Part shown: positions 13,168 through 26,388 of the stretch, piece after piece
Layout: every line of letters begins with the position of its first letter
How positions within the stretch are numbered: position 1 is the first letter of the stretch
Assembly: GCA_040954595.2 (NCBI GenBank)
Contig: CM082576.2
Coordinates: 3,198,760-3,262,759, forward strand
Length of the DNA: 64,000 nucleotides
Reading direction: 5' to 3'
Source of the DNA: Balanoglossus misakiensis
Lineage: Eukaryota; Animalia; Hemichordata
Made by a program: the position numbers and the translations under genes
Notes under the pieces: model-generated
What the model was told of the DNA's origin: nothing
Databases searched by the model: none
Seen by the model: only the letters and a program-made list of their open reading frames with translations

Positions 13168-16100
13168 GCAGCCTTATCAACAAAGAACAATATGTTACTT
13201 ATTTAATGTCATTCCATAATATTTAAAGTCCTGAATGGTGTGATCCGTGCACTTTGGAACAACTCCACTTGAAATTTTACTTCTATCCATATCCGTTGGA
13301 ATCTCTATAGATTAGACTGAAATAATCTACACTATGAAGTGGAGACATTTCGCTGCCAACAGGAACTATGACCATAGTTCCTGGGGTGTGACTTAGTTAA
13401 GTTTCAAGTCCACTTTCCAAAAATAGCAGTTTGGAACAGACCTTTGATTATTATTTTTTACATACGCAACTTTTTTGGCTGTGAGCAATAATGCACAGTT
13501 GTGCCAGAATTCAGTTTGTGAAGAGACAGACTTTAAAACAAATAATATCTTTATCTCTGTGGCCCAAAGTGGGTTTTAGTGCTGTGTACCCTTGTACTTG
13601 ATTCTCTCCATGGATTGTTCACATTTTTGTTCAAAATACTAATTTTGGCTGTGACATTTAATGTTTTAAACACAGTCCCTCTACACAAAGACTGTGGTTC
13701 CAATTGTAGCATCAGTTATTAGGTCATTGCCCAAATAAAACAGAGCTTAGCTACCAAATATGGGTTGCCCAAGGATTAGAGATACCACGTGATTTTCGTC
13801 TTTATAATTTCCCTTCAAGACGTCCAATCTAGTTGCCATTTTGAATTTCCAATCAAGCATTGAATAGAATTGAAAATCTCTTGAAAACATCTTTTTGTTA
13901 TTATTTTAATGTTGAGAGTATTTTTCAGTGAAAATACACAGATGCACTTACTCAGCCAATCTTACTATGTGTCACCATAACCAGGCCAATTTTGTCTATG
14001 TCAGAATCATTTTTGTGACCAGTCATATCTCCATAATCTGAGTGATATGTTTGTCATATTTGTAGAGATTATGTTAATTCTCGTGGGGTTTGTCCATGTC
14101 AAGAGATCTCTTGAGATGTCTATCTGTATTGAGAAATCATACGATGCTTGGCAAGCTGTTATGTTGTTGGGCAAGGACGGCTCCATCAAAAGAACTTAGA
14201 AACAGAATTTAGAAAATGCATTCATAATGTCAGTTCTCCATGAGACTAGTCAAATTGGCCAATAATAAATTGAAATGGTGTGTCCAACATATTTGTTCTT
14301 CAATTTCAATATAAGTAGACAATTGACTCAAGTTCTTTGCTTGACCTGTGGATGCCTCTTGCTGTTCGTGCTTGATGTTTTCAAATGTAGCAGCAATGCT
14401 AACCTGAAAAAACAAATACTGGATTATAAGTAGGCACATTTTGACTTAACACAGACAAACTTCTAGTGCACTTCCTATATTCAAATGTTCCAATGAGAAA
14501 TAACATTTTTTGTAACCCAAATGTTCCAACAACTTTGTCAGAATCAGACTTTCTAAAAATTTCAATCTTGCCTCCTCCATTATTGTACTTTTCCTGTTCA
14601 GGTTTAGATGTAGTCATATCTTTCAAATCTGTCTGATATGTTTGTCAATTTGAAGAGACCGTTGTCGCGAGCTTTGTCCATGTCAAGAGATCTCTTGAGA
14701 TGTCTATCTTTATTGAGAAATCACGCCATACTAACTGGCTGTTGTCAGGCATAGACGGATCTGTCAGAGAGATTTTTGTTTATGGAAAGATTTCTTACGT
14801 CTTGTATTGTTGGTTTCTTGAGATTGTCACAAAATTTCAAATCATTCAGTAATCAAGTTTAAAAAAGGAAAAGTGACATGATTTTCTCAATCAAACACAT
14901 ACATTTCCCTCTATAAAAATACATTTTCAATTATTTAAAATCTAAATTTCAGAATAAGAAAATGTAGATGTAGCATTTCAGCATTCTGTCAACAAAATGA
15001 TGTGTAACTTATTTCTTGACACGTTCCACCCAAGATGCATCAATGTTTGTTCCATTATGTTTGCTATCATCAGTGGTGTGATCTGTGCACTTTGGAACAA
15101 CTTACCGTCTGTGTCCCACACTGAGATCTCCACATAGATTCCACTCAATAATCTATATTGTGAACAAAATAAATTTCATTCGAAGCGATCATGTGACACA
15201 GTTTATTTTCAAGTCCTTCATCCAAACATTAGCCGTTTTTCATTCTGTATGCTGCCATATCTTGTGTGATATGTGTATCAATCTAAAGAGATCATTATGA
15301 GGCTCAGGGTTTGTCCATGTCAAGAGATCTCTTGAGATGTCTATCTGTTTTTGAGAAATCGTTGCATTTGCGAACAGGTGGTTGTCGGGCAAGAATGGAT
15401 TTATCGGAGGGACAAAATGTTCTTGTGTACTTTGTGAGATATTTGTTATTTGTAACAATTCATCAGTTGTAACACAAGACAGAACAGGTTGGTTGCTGGT
15501 AAAGCGTTTTTCATTTGGACAGTGCACAGTGTTGCTTCAGGAGATAAATTAATTACCACGCACTAAATAAATAAATTTTACCCTGTCAGGCCTTATCTAC
15601 ATTGGCCAAAAGTTTATTTGTAATGTAAATTTTCAGCCTTTAATCAACGAAAAGATGTACGTGTGACTCATTTTATTTTCATTGTGTTCCACAATGTTTT
15701 CAAGTGTGGTCTGTGCACTTTGGAACAAACCCACTTCAGTTTTACTCCAATCCTCGGAGATCTCTGCAGATTAGACCGAAATAATCTGTATTATGAACGG
15801 AGACATTTCACTGCCAACAAATATGTGACTTATTTCATTTTCAAGTCCACCATCCCAAGATAACATCTCAGCCCTCTGGATCAAGCTTTTAATTTAAAAT
15901 GTGTACAGTTCATTCAACTATGAGGGTGAACAATCTGGTCAAAATTGCATCATAAGTTCTGAAGGGACAAATCTCAAAACTAAAAAAAAAGCTCAACTTC
16001 GTACTCAACTAGTACGTGTCCCAGCAGAAAAATGTTAGTCCTCCAATTCTTTGCTATATTGAAGTATGTGAGGAGCCTTTTTGAACACAAAGAAGCAAGT

Positions 16101-17550
16101 GTGTCACTGTCATTTCAATTTTGTCTCTGCCATATTTTCATGACCACTTGTTGTTGAGTTGAAGAGAATCATATCATAAGGTTTGTCCATGTCAAGAGAT
16201 CTCTTGAGATTTCTATCTGTGAACATGCAGTCATAATGCTTGTCAATTTGACGAGATCATCATGAAGTTTGTCTGTGTCAAGAGATCTCTTGAGATTTCT
16301 ATCTGTATTGAGAAATCACGCCATATATACCGTATGCTAACAGGTTGTTGTCCAGCAGGGATGGCCATATCAGAAAGATATTTGCACCCATGTACTTTTT
16401 TCAATGCATATGTACGTTCTTAGCTCAGTTTAACCCCTTGGATGCATTGAGCGCTTTATTGTGTTAAAATATGTACCTGAATGATGAGTCACATCTGAAA
16501 TGAATATGTTTCAAGAACACGTCATTTTTTTTAATTTTTTGACCAGATGAAACGACATAGGGGAATCACTAATACTTAATTGTCTCTCAATTCTTCCAAA
16601 ATAATTTTCTTGTTTGTTCTTTAAGTATAATATCCACAAATCAGCCAACACTGATTTTTTTTCAGTTTACAAGTTCAAAATTAAACCAGGTCATTACCTA
16701 AAAACCATAATCTAAGCATCTTGAATTTGCACAATATGTACGGTCATTGTTTATATTATATCCCACACATTGTGGCCCATGTGACATTTAGACATACTAT
16801 CTGATAGAGATCAGAGCTCGGGCCGGTTTTTTCTGGTCTAGTGTTTTTCATTGTGGCTTGCCAATCAATTTTTTTTTATCTGGTCTGATGTACAATCAAC
16901 CGATGTACCATGTACTGTTAAGTACATCGTGTGTTCAACCTGATGCATAGTCAAGACTGCAACATTTATTCCCCTTTTATTCACTCAGCAATATTGCTGA
17001 TTACCCAACAAAGTCTCCAGGTGTTTTGCAATATAATAATAATATAACTGATTTCGGGAAATATGCAAAGCACAAAAGTGTACACAAATAGCAAAGGGAT
17101 GGTCAAAAATATGCTGAGATAATCTGCTGGTTGAAATTTCATGTACTGAAATATAAACGTGGGAATTTAAGCAGTAACCTTTTGAATGTGGGCGAAAACT
17201 GCAACATTGTAACAGATACACTAGATCAAACCATTTCATATTAGGAAAATTGGTTTCTGATTACATATTTCAGCTAAAGTGTCCTATATTTCAATAAAAT
17301 TATATTTTATATTTTATTTACATTTTATTTCCCCTTCAGGTCCCATTTAGATAAAATTCATGAAATACCCCAACTGAACCAATGAATGTGAAAAAATATT
17401 TTATACATATCATGAATTTGAAACAAATTTTATGTTTGGTGTTTGGGCTTGATTCTCTATCGTGTCAACTTACAAACCCAGTGGTACCCTGCATATCTGA
17501 AACTCGGCTGTTTAATCTGACAGATCTCAAGAGATCTCTTGACATAATCT
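13168..17550. repeat. Degenerate local repeat block with six copies of the palindrome TCAAGAGATCTCTTGA and three copies of a GTGCACTTTGGAAC module
   Basis: The palindrome starts at 14099, 14683, 15320, 16192, 16278 and 17527 (the last copy has inverted flanks). The second module, about 150-200 bp, starts near 13237, 15075 and 15704. Confidence 0.85.
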
Positions 17551-19770
17551 GTTGTTAGTTTGATAGGTCTTGTAATCATTTTGATAATAGGAATCCATCC
17601 AACTGAGTCTGAATTATCAGGAATTGTGTGGCGTTGAATCAAAATTCACCAATTTAAAATGAAACAACTATGCAATTTTGAAATAATTTTTAATTGTAAT
17701 GGGCTCAATTTCTATTATGCTCAGGACTCTATGAAATCAAGCTGGTTTCAGATGAAGTGTCATGTTTCATGTTTTTGTATTGTTTTGTAAATTCAGTCTC
17801 TGTCAGAAATTCTTTGAGCCTCAGAGTTTGTCACCATTATATGAGAGTCTCTGCATGCAGGGGTTCTTAGTCACACCATAATACCCATGATGCAAATCTT
17901 CATACCGGGTATTTTTAAATCTGCATGCCTGTATTTTTTGTAAGTGTTTCACTGATTAGTGGACTAGTGACTGATGTCTCTTATATAAAGCATGTAACTC
18001 AAGATCTTCTCAATATTTAGCAACAGAATAAACTGCATTTTCCATAAACAGTTCAGTAACATCTTTTAAATTTCTTCCAAATTCCATTAAACTTCCAAGC
18101 CCCCTCCCCTCCCAGGACAGAGTCCAAACTGTATGACGTACTGGTATTAATTGAAACTTGAGGACTAGCTTGAATATCATTGTTCGAATTTTTCCGTATT
18201 TGGTGAAACTTTGAATTGATGCCATTTTATATGTATCAGGAGTGTAATGACACAATTTTTCATTAAAAAAATACAACCACAACCATTGTTGTAATAGGTC
18301 GAATGACCTGTACTGGAGTACAAACCTTTGTGCTTTGGATCCAGAGTTCGATCACCATACTCCCTGTTAACCAGCTTCATGCCAGGTTTTTTACCTTTTG
18401 GTCCAAAGTCCTTAAAAGTGCGTTTTCCCCATATGGTGGGGGTCAGTGAACTTTCCAAGACCATCAGGGCGAGCCAGCAGTTTACCTCTTCCAGTCAAAA
18501 TTAACCATTTTGGAGAGAGAGATTTTTGACTTGAAGGGAGACCATGTTTACACCAAGTCTTAGCCATTTCTAAAGAGAGACCATTTGCGCCTATTCTGAT
18601 TCACAAACTTGTTTTGGTTGCATGGTAGTGTGACCAAATCCGGTCCTTGAAAACTTGTCAATATGTGGGATCATGGCAACCGATGTCGCAGTCGATTTTC
18701 ATTCATTCAAGTGTTTTGATCATTTCACAAACTCCACCCTGCATCTCATGAACGACAACACAACAGTTTTGTTTTACTTTAAGCGTTTATTTTCTCAGTG
18801 AAAGATTTGGTACACAGAGAAAAATATACATACATTTCTCTGTCATGCGCATGAAAACTTATCACAAAAAGAGGCCATTTTTTTCAAATATGAATGCCCA
18901 GATTCATTGCTGGTCTCCACAAAAAAATTAACCCTGATTTTGTGAATATATAGCCATAACACAATAAATAATTTGACGGTTTATAAAACATTAATACTAA
19001 AATGAACAAGTTTCCATCATAATCTGTAAAAAATATTAACAAGAACCCAAATTGTGGGTGTTCATAAACACTTCTGACTCCTCCATTAGTTCAAGTTCAA
19101 ATATAACTTGTTATCCTAAAGCACTCTACCCTGTGCGTTGACCGCTCTCAAACTACCTGAACCATTCCAAAACGACAGTAAGTTTTTTTTATATATATTT
19201 ACAGATTCTGCAGCCCATTTCAGACTTCAACCACGTTCCTCACCCCATTTTGGCGGTAGGACCGTTTCTGCCCAAAGTATAAATAACAATGAACAAGTGT
19301 TATATACTACAGTCAGTGTGGAAATGGTCTTTTATATACACACCTGCAAAACCTTATTCACCCTGCAACAAACAGTGTGAGAACACCGATGATGGCTATT
19401 AACGTCAAACTTTAGCTTCCCTTACACATACATAGAGTTTGGATGCATTGTTGATGACCTAACTTTAGGTGACTGACATGTTGCTCTTATTTGCTAAATT
19501 TTAACCCTTCAAAAAATGTTTTATAGCATTCTGTAGATTTTGATGCTTCTATAGATTTTAACAGAAAAAGTGTCCAAATTTAGATCTCCATAAAAATTCT
19601 ATAAACTTCTATAGAGATTTAATTGGCTATAGATGTCTATGTTATCATGAAATATTTAACCTTATCTGCTTTGTTCGTTACACAATTGGCTAGATTTCTT
19701 TGGCAGAGGGCAAAACTTATTCTGAAAATGAAGATGCGATAGTTCATAAGCCCAGTTCAGGGCGTGCAGT

Positions 19771-22266
19771 TTATTCATCGGCAGTGATGACTTCCTTCAT
19801 CCTTCCCAGTGGTCCGGACAGTTTCTCCATGTTCAACTCTGTGACAACCTGTGGGGTGACCTTGCCCACAATACTCGTCGGCATTGGCTTAGATACCTTG
19901 TGTTCGAGGGTCATGTGATTGACGGGTGGGAGTCCAACGCAAGCTCTGAAGATGTTCTCCATGCAGGCGCGCTGTTTGAAGAGCGCGTTGACAACTGGGG
20001 TGCCTGGGGGGACCAGTGGTGCTTTGCACAGGTAACTGAGGATTGAAAGAACCGGGTGGAAGGACTGCCACTCGCTCGTACCGGCTGCAGAGGAATAACA
20101 AGAAATTTGTCAGTATATATCTTTGAAATTCTCTGAAAATTTAACTTGCGTTTCAGAAAGTTAATGTCAATTGACCAAGCCAATCTTCTATCATCCATAA
20201 ATGTTCAACTGTAAGAAACTGCTGAGTGATCCAAAATTTTCTTGTCCACTGGTTCCATACTCTCTAGACTGTTTTATTCAAGTAGCTAATCTCATCTGCA
20301 AAAATCTCTTCATCTCTTCTTTTGAATTTGACACTGATATAAAAATGGGGGATCTTGCTTACCTGTCCTGAAAGTGATTCTCTGACAGATCTCACACAGG
20401 ATGACTAAATCCAAGATGATCGGGCTGGCCAGCAGCGAATCCTCACACGTGTTGTGAAGTACAATTGTGTTGTGTCCGCCCATCATGATCTCGGATGTGT
20501 ATTCGTCCATGGCACGCTTACTGTCTCTGACAAACGGTACATACTTGATGACAACACAGTGATCTGGTTTCTCGTTTTCTTTGTACAAGATTGGGTTCGA
20601 TTCCACCATGTCGTCCACAACATTGCTCTTGGAAATCTCTTTGGAACGGAACTGCTGCGGAGCCGACAGGTTCTTTCCATCATTATTTCCCAGGTGGTTG
20701 TAGCTCACTATAGAGACAGGCTGTCATAATCAAGGTGAAAGAAAAAATATAGTTTAGAGACTTGGATATAGAAAAACTTACAGAAAATAACACTTCTGGT
20801 ATTTTTGTTATATATGTTGATCAGTTTTTCTGGCATTACAGAACAGGTCAATATTTACCTTGATTCCAGCATTGACGAGGAAATCCACCAAGACCGACTT
20901 GATTTTGGTCTGTCCCGATTTGAAGTCATCACCGCCGATGAACACTTTATGCTTGGAGGCCAGGTCGATGACCCCAGGCACAAGGGTATTCTGCGGAGAG
21001 CCGTTGATGTAGGCACAGCCCTCTAGGATACTGGCCACTGCAAACACGGTTGATGGAGAAACTTCTTCTTTGCCTGCCTTGATTGAAGCCAGCAACTCTT
21101 CACCAGTAGTGTTCAGTCCAACAGCGACATCGCTGAAACGTTCTGTGTTGGCAGTCCACAAAACAATAACCTGGGAAACATACAATTTAAGATTAATATC
21201 ATTGACAAGGTTTAAAGTTCTAGCACTGTCCTGTCAGAATGTTTAAAAAAAAATTCATCTGACTTTTTAAGAACTGTAACTACAACTATAGAAAAGTAAC
21301 ATTTTTTAATTTTTCGTGCAGGTAAAAACAGTGTTGAAATTTCATTTGTCTTTATCAAGTTTACTACAGTTCGTAAATAATTTTCAAAAATTTCAAATAT
21401 CCTTAAGAAGTGCAAGTAAAACTTACCTTATCAAGGCTGTTCTTGTTTTTGAAGTCTCTGATATCACGGCGTATCTGTTCAAATTGTTCCTGCTTGGAGC
21501 CAGTCAACACGTTATTGGCACGGTCAGCTTGGTTAGCCGCAATGAAGTCTGGGAAATATATTGAGGGACGAGGCTGGAATTTCTCCATGTGGGGACGAAG
21601 TTGTTTCTGAAGCTGGATGTCCAGTACTTCGGCCCTCTCCATAGCTTCTGCCAAGTTCAAGGATGAAATGTCCCATCCGTCAAAGACAATGTCATTAGGG
21701 GTCACCATTGGCAGGATATCTTTGAACGGGATGAAGACATCACCTTGTGACCCAGTTCCTAGACACACAGTGGAAGCTTGTGTCAGAGATCCAAAGTAGT
21801 TGGCATGCTAAAAGAAATAGAAAATGAAATTGGATTTATAGATTTTGAAAGATCCGAAAAAAAATTTGACAATTCACAGCTTTGAAAATCAACTTCAACA
21901 ATTCAAAGTTGTTAAATTGAAATTTGTGCATCTGAAGGTTTCCTCTTTTCCATAAATAAATGCTCCAATTTCATAGTGACACACAAAGAGTTTTACCTGA
22001 ACACCACCTTTTGTTTCCCATGACAACTTCAATTTATTTGCGATGACAGCGGCAGTGACAGTGGTTCCATTGTTGCCACCCCATCCAACCAACATGCAGC
22101 CCAGTTTTGGTGCCTTGCGTTCAGTTCGGAAGGTGAATTCTGTGTGCACTGGTATGGCAGTCAGAGTCCCATTGTCCTGCTTGACTTGGGTGGTCTCGTA
22201 GTTGTACCTGCTCTCAATGTACTTCTCTGTGTACTGAACGTTTTCACTTTGAACATGGAATGCCAT
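19771..22266 (-). CDS. ISYNA1: Inositol-3-phosphate synthase 1 (myo-inositol-1-phosphate synthase), 5 coding exons, 544 aa
   Basis: Exons: 22266-21997, 21807-21427, 21170-20859, 20720-20363, 20084-19771 (1635 nt, in frame, GT-AG). Hallmark MIPS motifs [45 protein letters not shown] and CEDSLLA are present. Confidence 0.97.
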
Positions 22267-22391
22267 TATAACCACTCAATGGAAATCTGTAAAAACAGAA
22301 CAATCGCCATATCGGTGCCATTAATTTCCATATTCGATTTGGGACTATGAGATGGGAGAATCTTCAGGAAAAAAACTTAATATTGAAGTTA

Positions 22392-22606
22392 AGGGAAATC
22401 CATTTGATTTCTGGGGGGGGGGAGGTTTTGGGCATGTCAGTAATTTTTTCAGTCACTAGGCCTAACAGCATTTTTATTCTATTGCCAGTCCTACTTTTTC
22501 TCAAGGCATTGCAGAATTTTTTTCCTCTGCACCATGCACCATTCGCCAACAATATTTTTCCCAAAAATCCTCCACCCCCCCCCCCAGAAATCAAATGGCT
22601 CTCCCC
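22392..22606. mobile_element. MITE (about 215 bp) in the ISYNA1 5'UTR intron
   Basis: TIRs of about 35-40 bp: AGGGAAATCCATTTGATTTCTGGGGGGGGGG versus CCCCCCCCCCCAGAAATCAAATGGCTCTCCCC. Flanks are TA/TAA, so the superfamily (Harbinger-like or mariner-like) is uncertain. Confidence 0.75.
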
Positions 22607-23799
22607 TAATATAACTTTATTGTCCTCATCCAATCATTGTTTCAATTACTGATTCAATTGTCTCCACAACAATAGCCAAATGAAACAATATGTGTCAAAC
22701 AAAATGTTAATGCACTTTAACTGCCCGAAATGTTGCAATTTAAACAATCAGTACAGTAATAGGTTCCGAGTTCAATATATATCATTCAGGAATAAAACAA
22801 AATAAAAAAGGAAAAAGCTTTTAGTTCAGGAACGATGGCACATCGTACACTTTTATTTTTCAACTTGACTGCACATATTACACAACTTCAAAGGGGGGGA
22901 TTGAAGGAAATCCAAAAATCTCTTTAATTTTTTTCAGCGCTTCATCTGAAGCCGAATAACTTTGTCCTTGACTACTGCACTGTGCAACGCATCCGTGAAA
23001 AAACAGTGATGGAAATTTCAATCACGCACTTTCAACGAGTTGTACGGCGGGGGAAGACCAACAACAAGCCACATAATTGGGAGGAAAATATACATATGCA
23101 AAATATGAATGACGCGTGTACGCGTCGACGCCAAAGAGGAATCCTTTCTGCCTCGTTACCGAGTGAAACCAACATGCTTATTAACACGTGCGTTTGTGGC
23201 GGTGACCCATGGCCATACGCCACTCATCATGATGTATATTTAAAGCGCGTTATCAATTGGTGAAGATATCTAGGCTAGCAATGTGCAGAAATTGGAATCG
23301 CCTATCGAATGGGGATGCATGAGTAATGCATAACCATGTGCGGTCGGTTCGCGATCACCGGCCGCTTGAGTTTCATCTTGAGATTTTGTTACAACTTGTA
23401 TACATCAGTTACGAGAAAGCTTGTTTTAGGTGCCACATCATATTACACGAAATTGTAATCTACAAGCCCTAAATATACATATAATAATAAATACGATAAA
23501 GGATGTAGTCCCAGTGTTACTATCAACCGACAAAAGTCCAAATAAAGTTTGAAAACTGGTGGTTATGCGATATGCCCGGCCTGCATCAGAATCTTACGGG
23601 GACATTGTTGCTAAGTGAACAGACAGCGGTTTACGTCCTTTTTCCAGCTAGCGACAAATTTTGTTATGCAGAAAAAAATGCTGTTTGTTGCAGTCAAGAT
23701 CGTTGGGTTTTAGTCACTCGTTTAGCGCCGGCAACACTCTAAAGCAACAAAATAATAATAATAGATGTTGGGAAAAGGTGCATTATAAAATTAACATAC

Positions 23800-23930
23800 C
23801 TGTGACAGGTTCAAGTTTTAAAAATCGAACACTTAAGCGGAACTTCTTGATTCCTTGATCAACGCTTAATACAGATGCGGCAAGGTTATTTCCTCTGATA
23901 GCTGTCGATCAGTTCTCAACGCAGGAATAA
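23800..23930 (-). other. Probable non-coding first exon of ISYNA1
   Basis: A donor CAG|GTATGT at 23800/23799 pairs with the acceptor at 22287-22288. A TATA box (TATATAAATAG on -) lies at 23952-23962. The transcription start is approximate. Confidence 0.55.
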
Positions 23931-23934
23931 ATAG

Positions 23935-24230
23935 AACTCTGCAATCTCTCGCTATTTATATATGATCCTTCGCGGAAAATTCCGACGTAATCGGAATGAT
24001 CGAGAATAGAGATTTTCGCGCGCAAGCGTGGGCTCTTTCCATGGATTGTTCGACGAGTGGTGGCAGTATTCATGTTATATTGGGAAATTTCCCAGAGCTG
24101 AAGGTCGGACAGATTTAGATAATGAACAATGAACGTGATAATTATTTGTTAATTTAGACACAGTGAGGGACATCTTCATTCTACAAGACATGATATAATT
24201 AATTACACGGATTCTCGCCTGTCCCCAAAC

Positions 24231-24262
<32 letters not shown>

Positions 24263-24382
24263 CAGAAAGTAGATCATCATAACTCTGCAATCTCTCGCTA
24301 TTTATATATGATCCTTCGCGGAAAATTCCGACGAAAGTTCGAGAATTGAGATTTTCGCGCGCAAGCGTGGGCTCTTTCCATG
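23935..24382 (-). promoter_or_regulatory. Duplicated ~105-bp core-promoter module upstream of ISYNA1 (copies 23935-24043 and 24281-24382)
   Basis: The first ~53 bp are identical in both copies (AACTCTGCAATCTCTCGCTATTTATATATGATCCTTCGCGGAAAATTCCGACG). Each copy has a TATA box on the - strand, GGAAAATTCC and TTTTCGCGCGC. Confidence 0.75.
24231..24262. repeat. (GAT)n microsatellite
   Basis: Read directly, between the two promoter copies. Confidence 0.95.
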
Positions 24383-26247
24383 ATGTAGGTACGTTGAAAA
24401 ACATAGCTTTCAGACGGCGATGGGGGCAGTGTCTTATAGGCGTCTGGGAGGCCTAAGGTCATCGAGCGGTCAACCGCCACTACCACAATTATTACCGTGT
24501 TCCAGTTTTCCAACATTCTGTAATAATTAATCTGATTTACCGTTGTAAAGCATCGGGGCGCCCTCCAGAAGAAAACACACATTTTTCACGTTCCTGTGTT
24601 TTCTGGCTTTGGTTCAAATTGTCCTGGTTACTATAGTTACTAGTATACGGTCGTATACCGGTAACTATAGTTACAAGGACGAATGGAGGCCTGCAAGACA
24701 GCTTGGGCATTGGGGGCGCTGTTTACAATGACTTTTTGGCAGGAATTCCATGCCAGAATAACCAAGTTTTCTCGATTAGTTTTCTACTGCTCTGACATGG
24801 GTGAGGCGTGATTTATATCAAAAAGCCACCTTACAATATCACAGGAAAACTTGCAATATTTTGCCAGAGGCAAAGTTTCTGAATGTGCTGGCCTCCCCCA
24901 GTGCAGAGAATCCCTGACACATACATTGGTATACTAGTAGACAACACATGTTTAGTTGATGAAACAACTCATTTATTTCACAGTCTGCTGAGCTATAAAA
25001 ATAATAAAATCTAAGTTTCTATATATTAAAACATTCACACTTCAGACTCTCTTCTACAAGTAAATAAGTCCTTGCATAATGCACTCTCCCCAGCTCATTC
25101 ACATCTACTTAGGGTGACCTGAGGGAGGGGGTACCCTTGAACAGGGGTAAATCAGAGAGCACTACCATCCCAAGGGGAGGGGCAACCGTGAGGACAGCAC
25201 CCCACTCAGTGGTATTGCAATAAGTATGGTACCCCTAGTGAAGGGTAACAGAGAGACAATGGCTGCAAACAGGTGGTTACTTAAACTTACATCTAAACAG
25301 TACACACTGAATAGATTGGAACTGGGGAGACTTTCTTTCAAAAACATGGACATTTTACATCCTGGCTACAAATACAAATATCTTACGGTATATTGCACAG
25401 TGTGAGGTGGACAAGGATATACAAATGTGCACAGTAGAAAAATGTATAAAGTACGAGACATTTATTTTGTTGCTCATAATCATACGACAACTTAAACACA
25501 GTTAACGGCTTTATCGGTGGCTGATATCTGTGTTTTTTCACTACATAATGTCAATTTCTTTCAGCATGATTTGACGGTTGCTGACAGTGGGGGACCCAAT
25601 ACAAACTGACATGCATATATGTAAACACAGACTCCACTTCTCTATCGTTATAAACCCTGTAGGCTGACTTCACAAACTGAGCAGCCAAAAATTACCTGAG
25701 TGTAATTTGATATTGTGGAAATAAGACCAAACAGTCAACTTGTAAATGCTGTAGTTCTCTGAAGGCACAAAAATTGTTGTATTATCAGTGCTGGAAACGG
25801 GCAACTGAAAAATTATTTTGGTCTTCAGGAACAGGAAAAAAATATTCTCTGGGTACTTCTCTTGCGTCGATGCAAATGATGATGTGATCAAATTAAAAGC
25901 TGTACAAATTGTGTCAATGGTTACTGCCCTTAATTTGCAGGCATTTTTATTTTCATTACGTTAGTCTACATGAGTAGTTGCAAAAGAAATTTATGGCTTC
26001 ATTTTACTGAAAATGTACAGTTCAACTGAGACTGAGAATACTCAACACTTTCTGCCTTTTTAGACTCAGTGTAAAATCCATATAGTGATTTATATATGCA
26101 TACATGATAGATATATTACAACTAAAATATAATACAAATATACAGAAAATAAAGAAAAAACTTGCAGTTCAACACAAATTCTAAAGACCCCAATCCACCT
26201 CTACTTTCAACCAATCTTAGAAAAGTCCCACCACTCTGCTAGTTTAA

Positions 26248-26332
26248 CCCTTTCACCCCTGGTTCCCTCTTTGGAGGTCCAAACTTACCAAAGAAAACAA
26301 TAGGTTTGGGGTGAACCATGATAGCGAAAGGG
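26248..26332. mobile_element. Short piggyBac-like MITE remnant in the 3'UTR of the SPRY-TIR gene
   Basis: TTAA|CCCTTTCACCCCTGGTTC...GAACCATGATAGCGAAAGGG|TTGA: CCC...GGG termini with a TTAA-like target-site duplication. Confidence 0.5.
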
Positions 26333-26388
26333 TTGAATCACAATGACATGGAGGGGGTTCACCATGGCACGTTCAGTGGAAGCACAGT

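Noticed and set aside
14007-15527. Repeated peptide IDISRDLLTWTNP in minus-strand ORFs (14007-14189 and 15240-15527)
   Set aside because: It is simply the translation of the DNA repeat. Other copies have stops or frameshifting indels, and I could not build a consistent exon chain.
14089-17550. Palindromic repeats resembling a CRISPR array
   Set aside because: Spacing is irregular (86-1249 bp), the intervening DNA is itself homologous, there are no cas genes, and the context is spliced eukaryotic DNA.
18177-18570. Possible small minus-strand gene (…GKRTFKDFGPKGKKPGMKLVNREYGDR…)
   Set aside because: I found no recognisable homology and no convincing splice chain, so it cannot be supported without transcript data.
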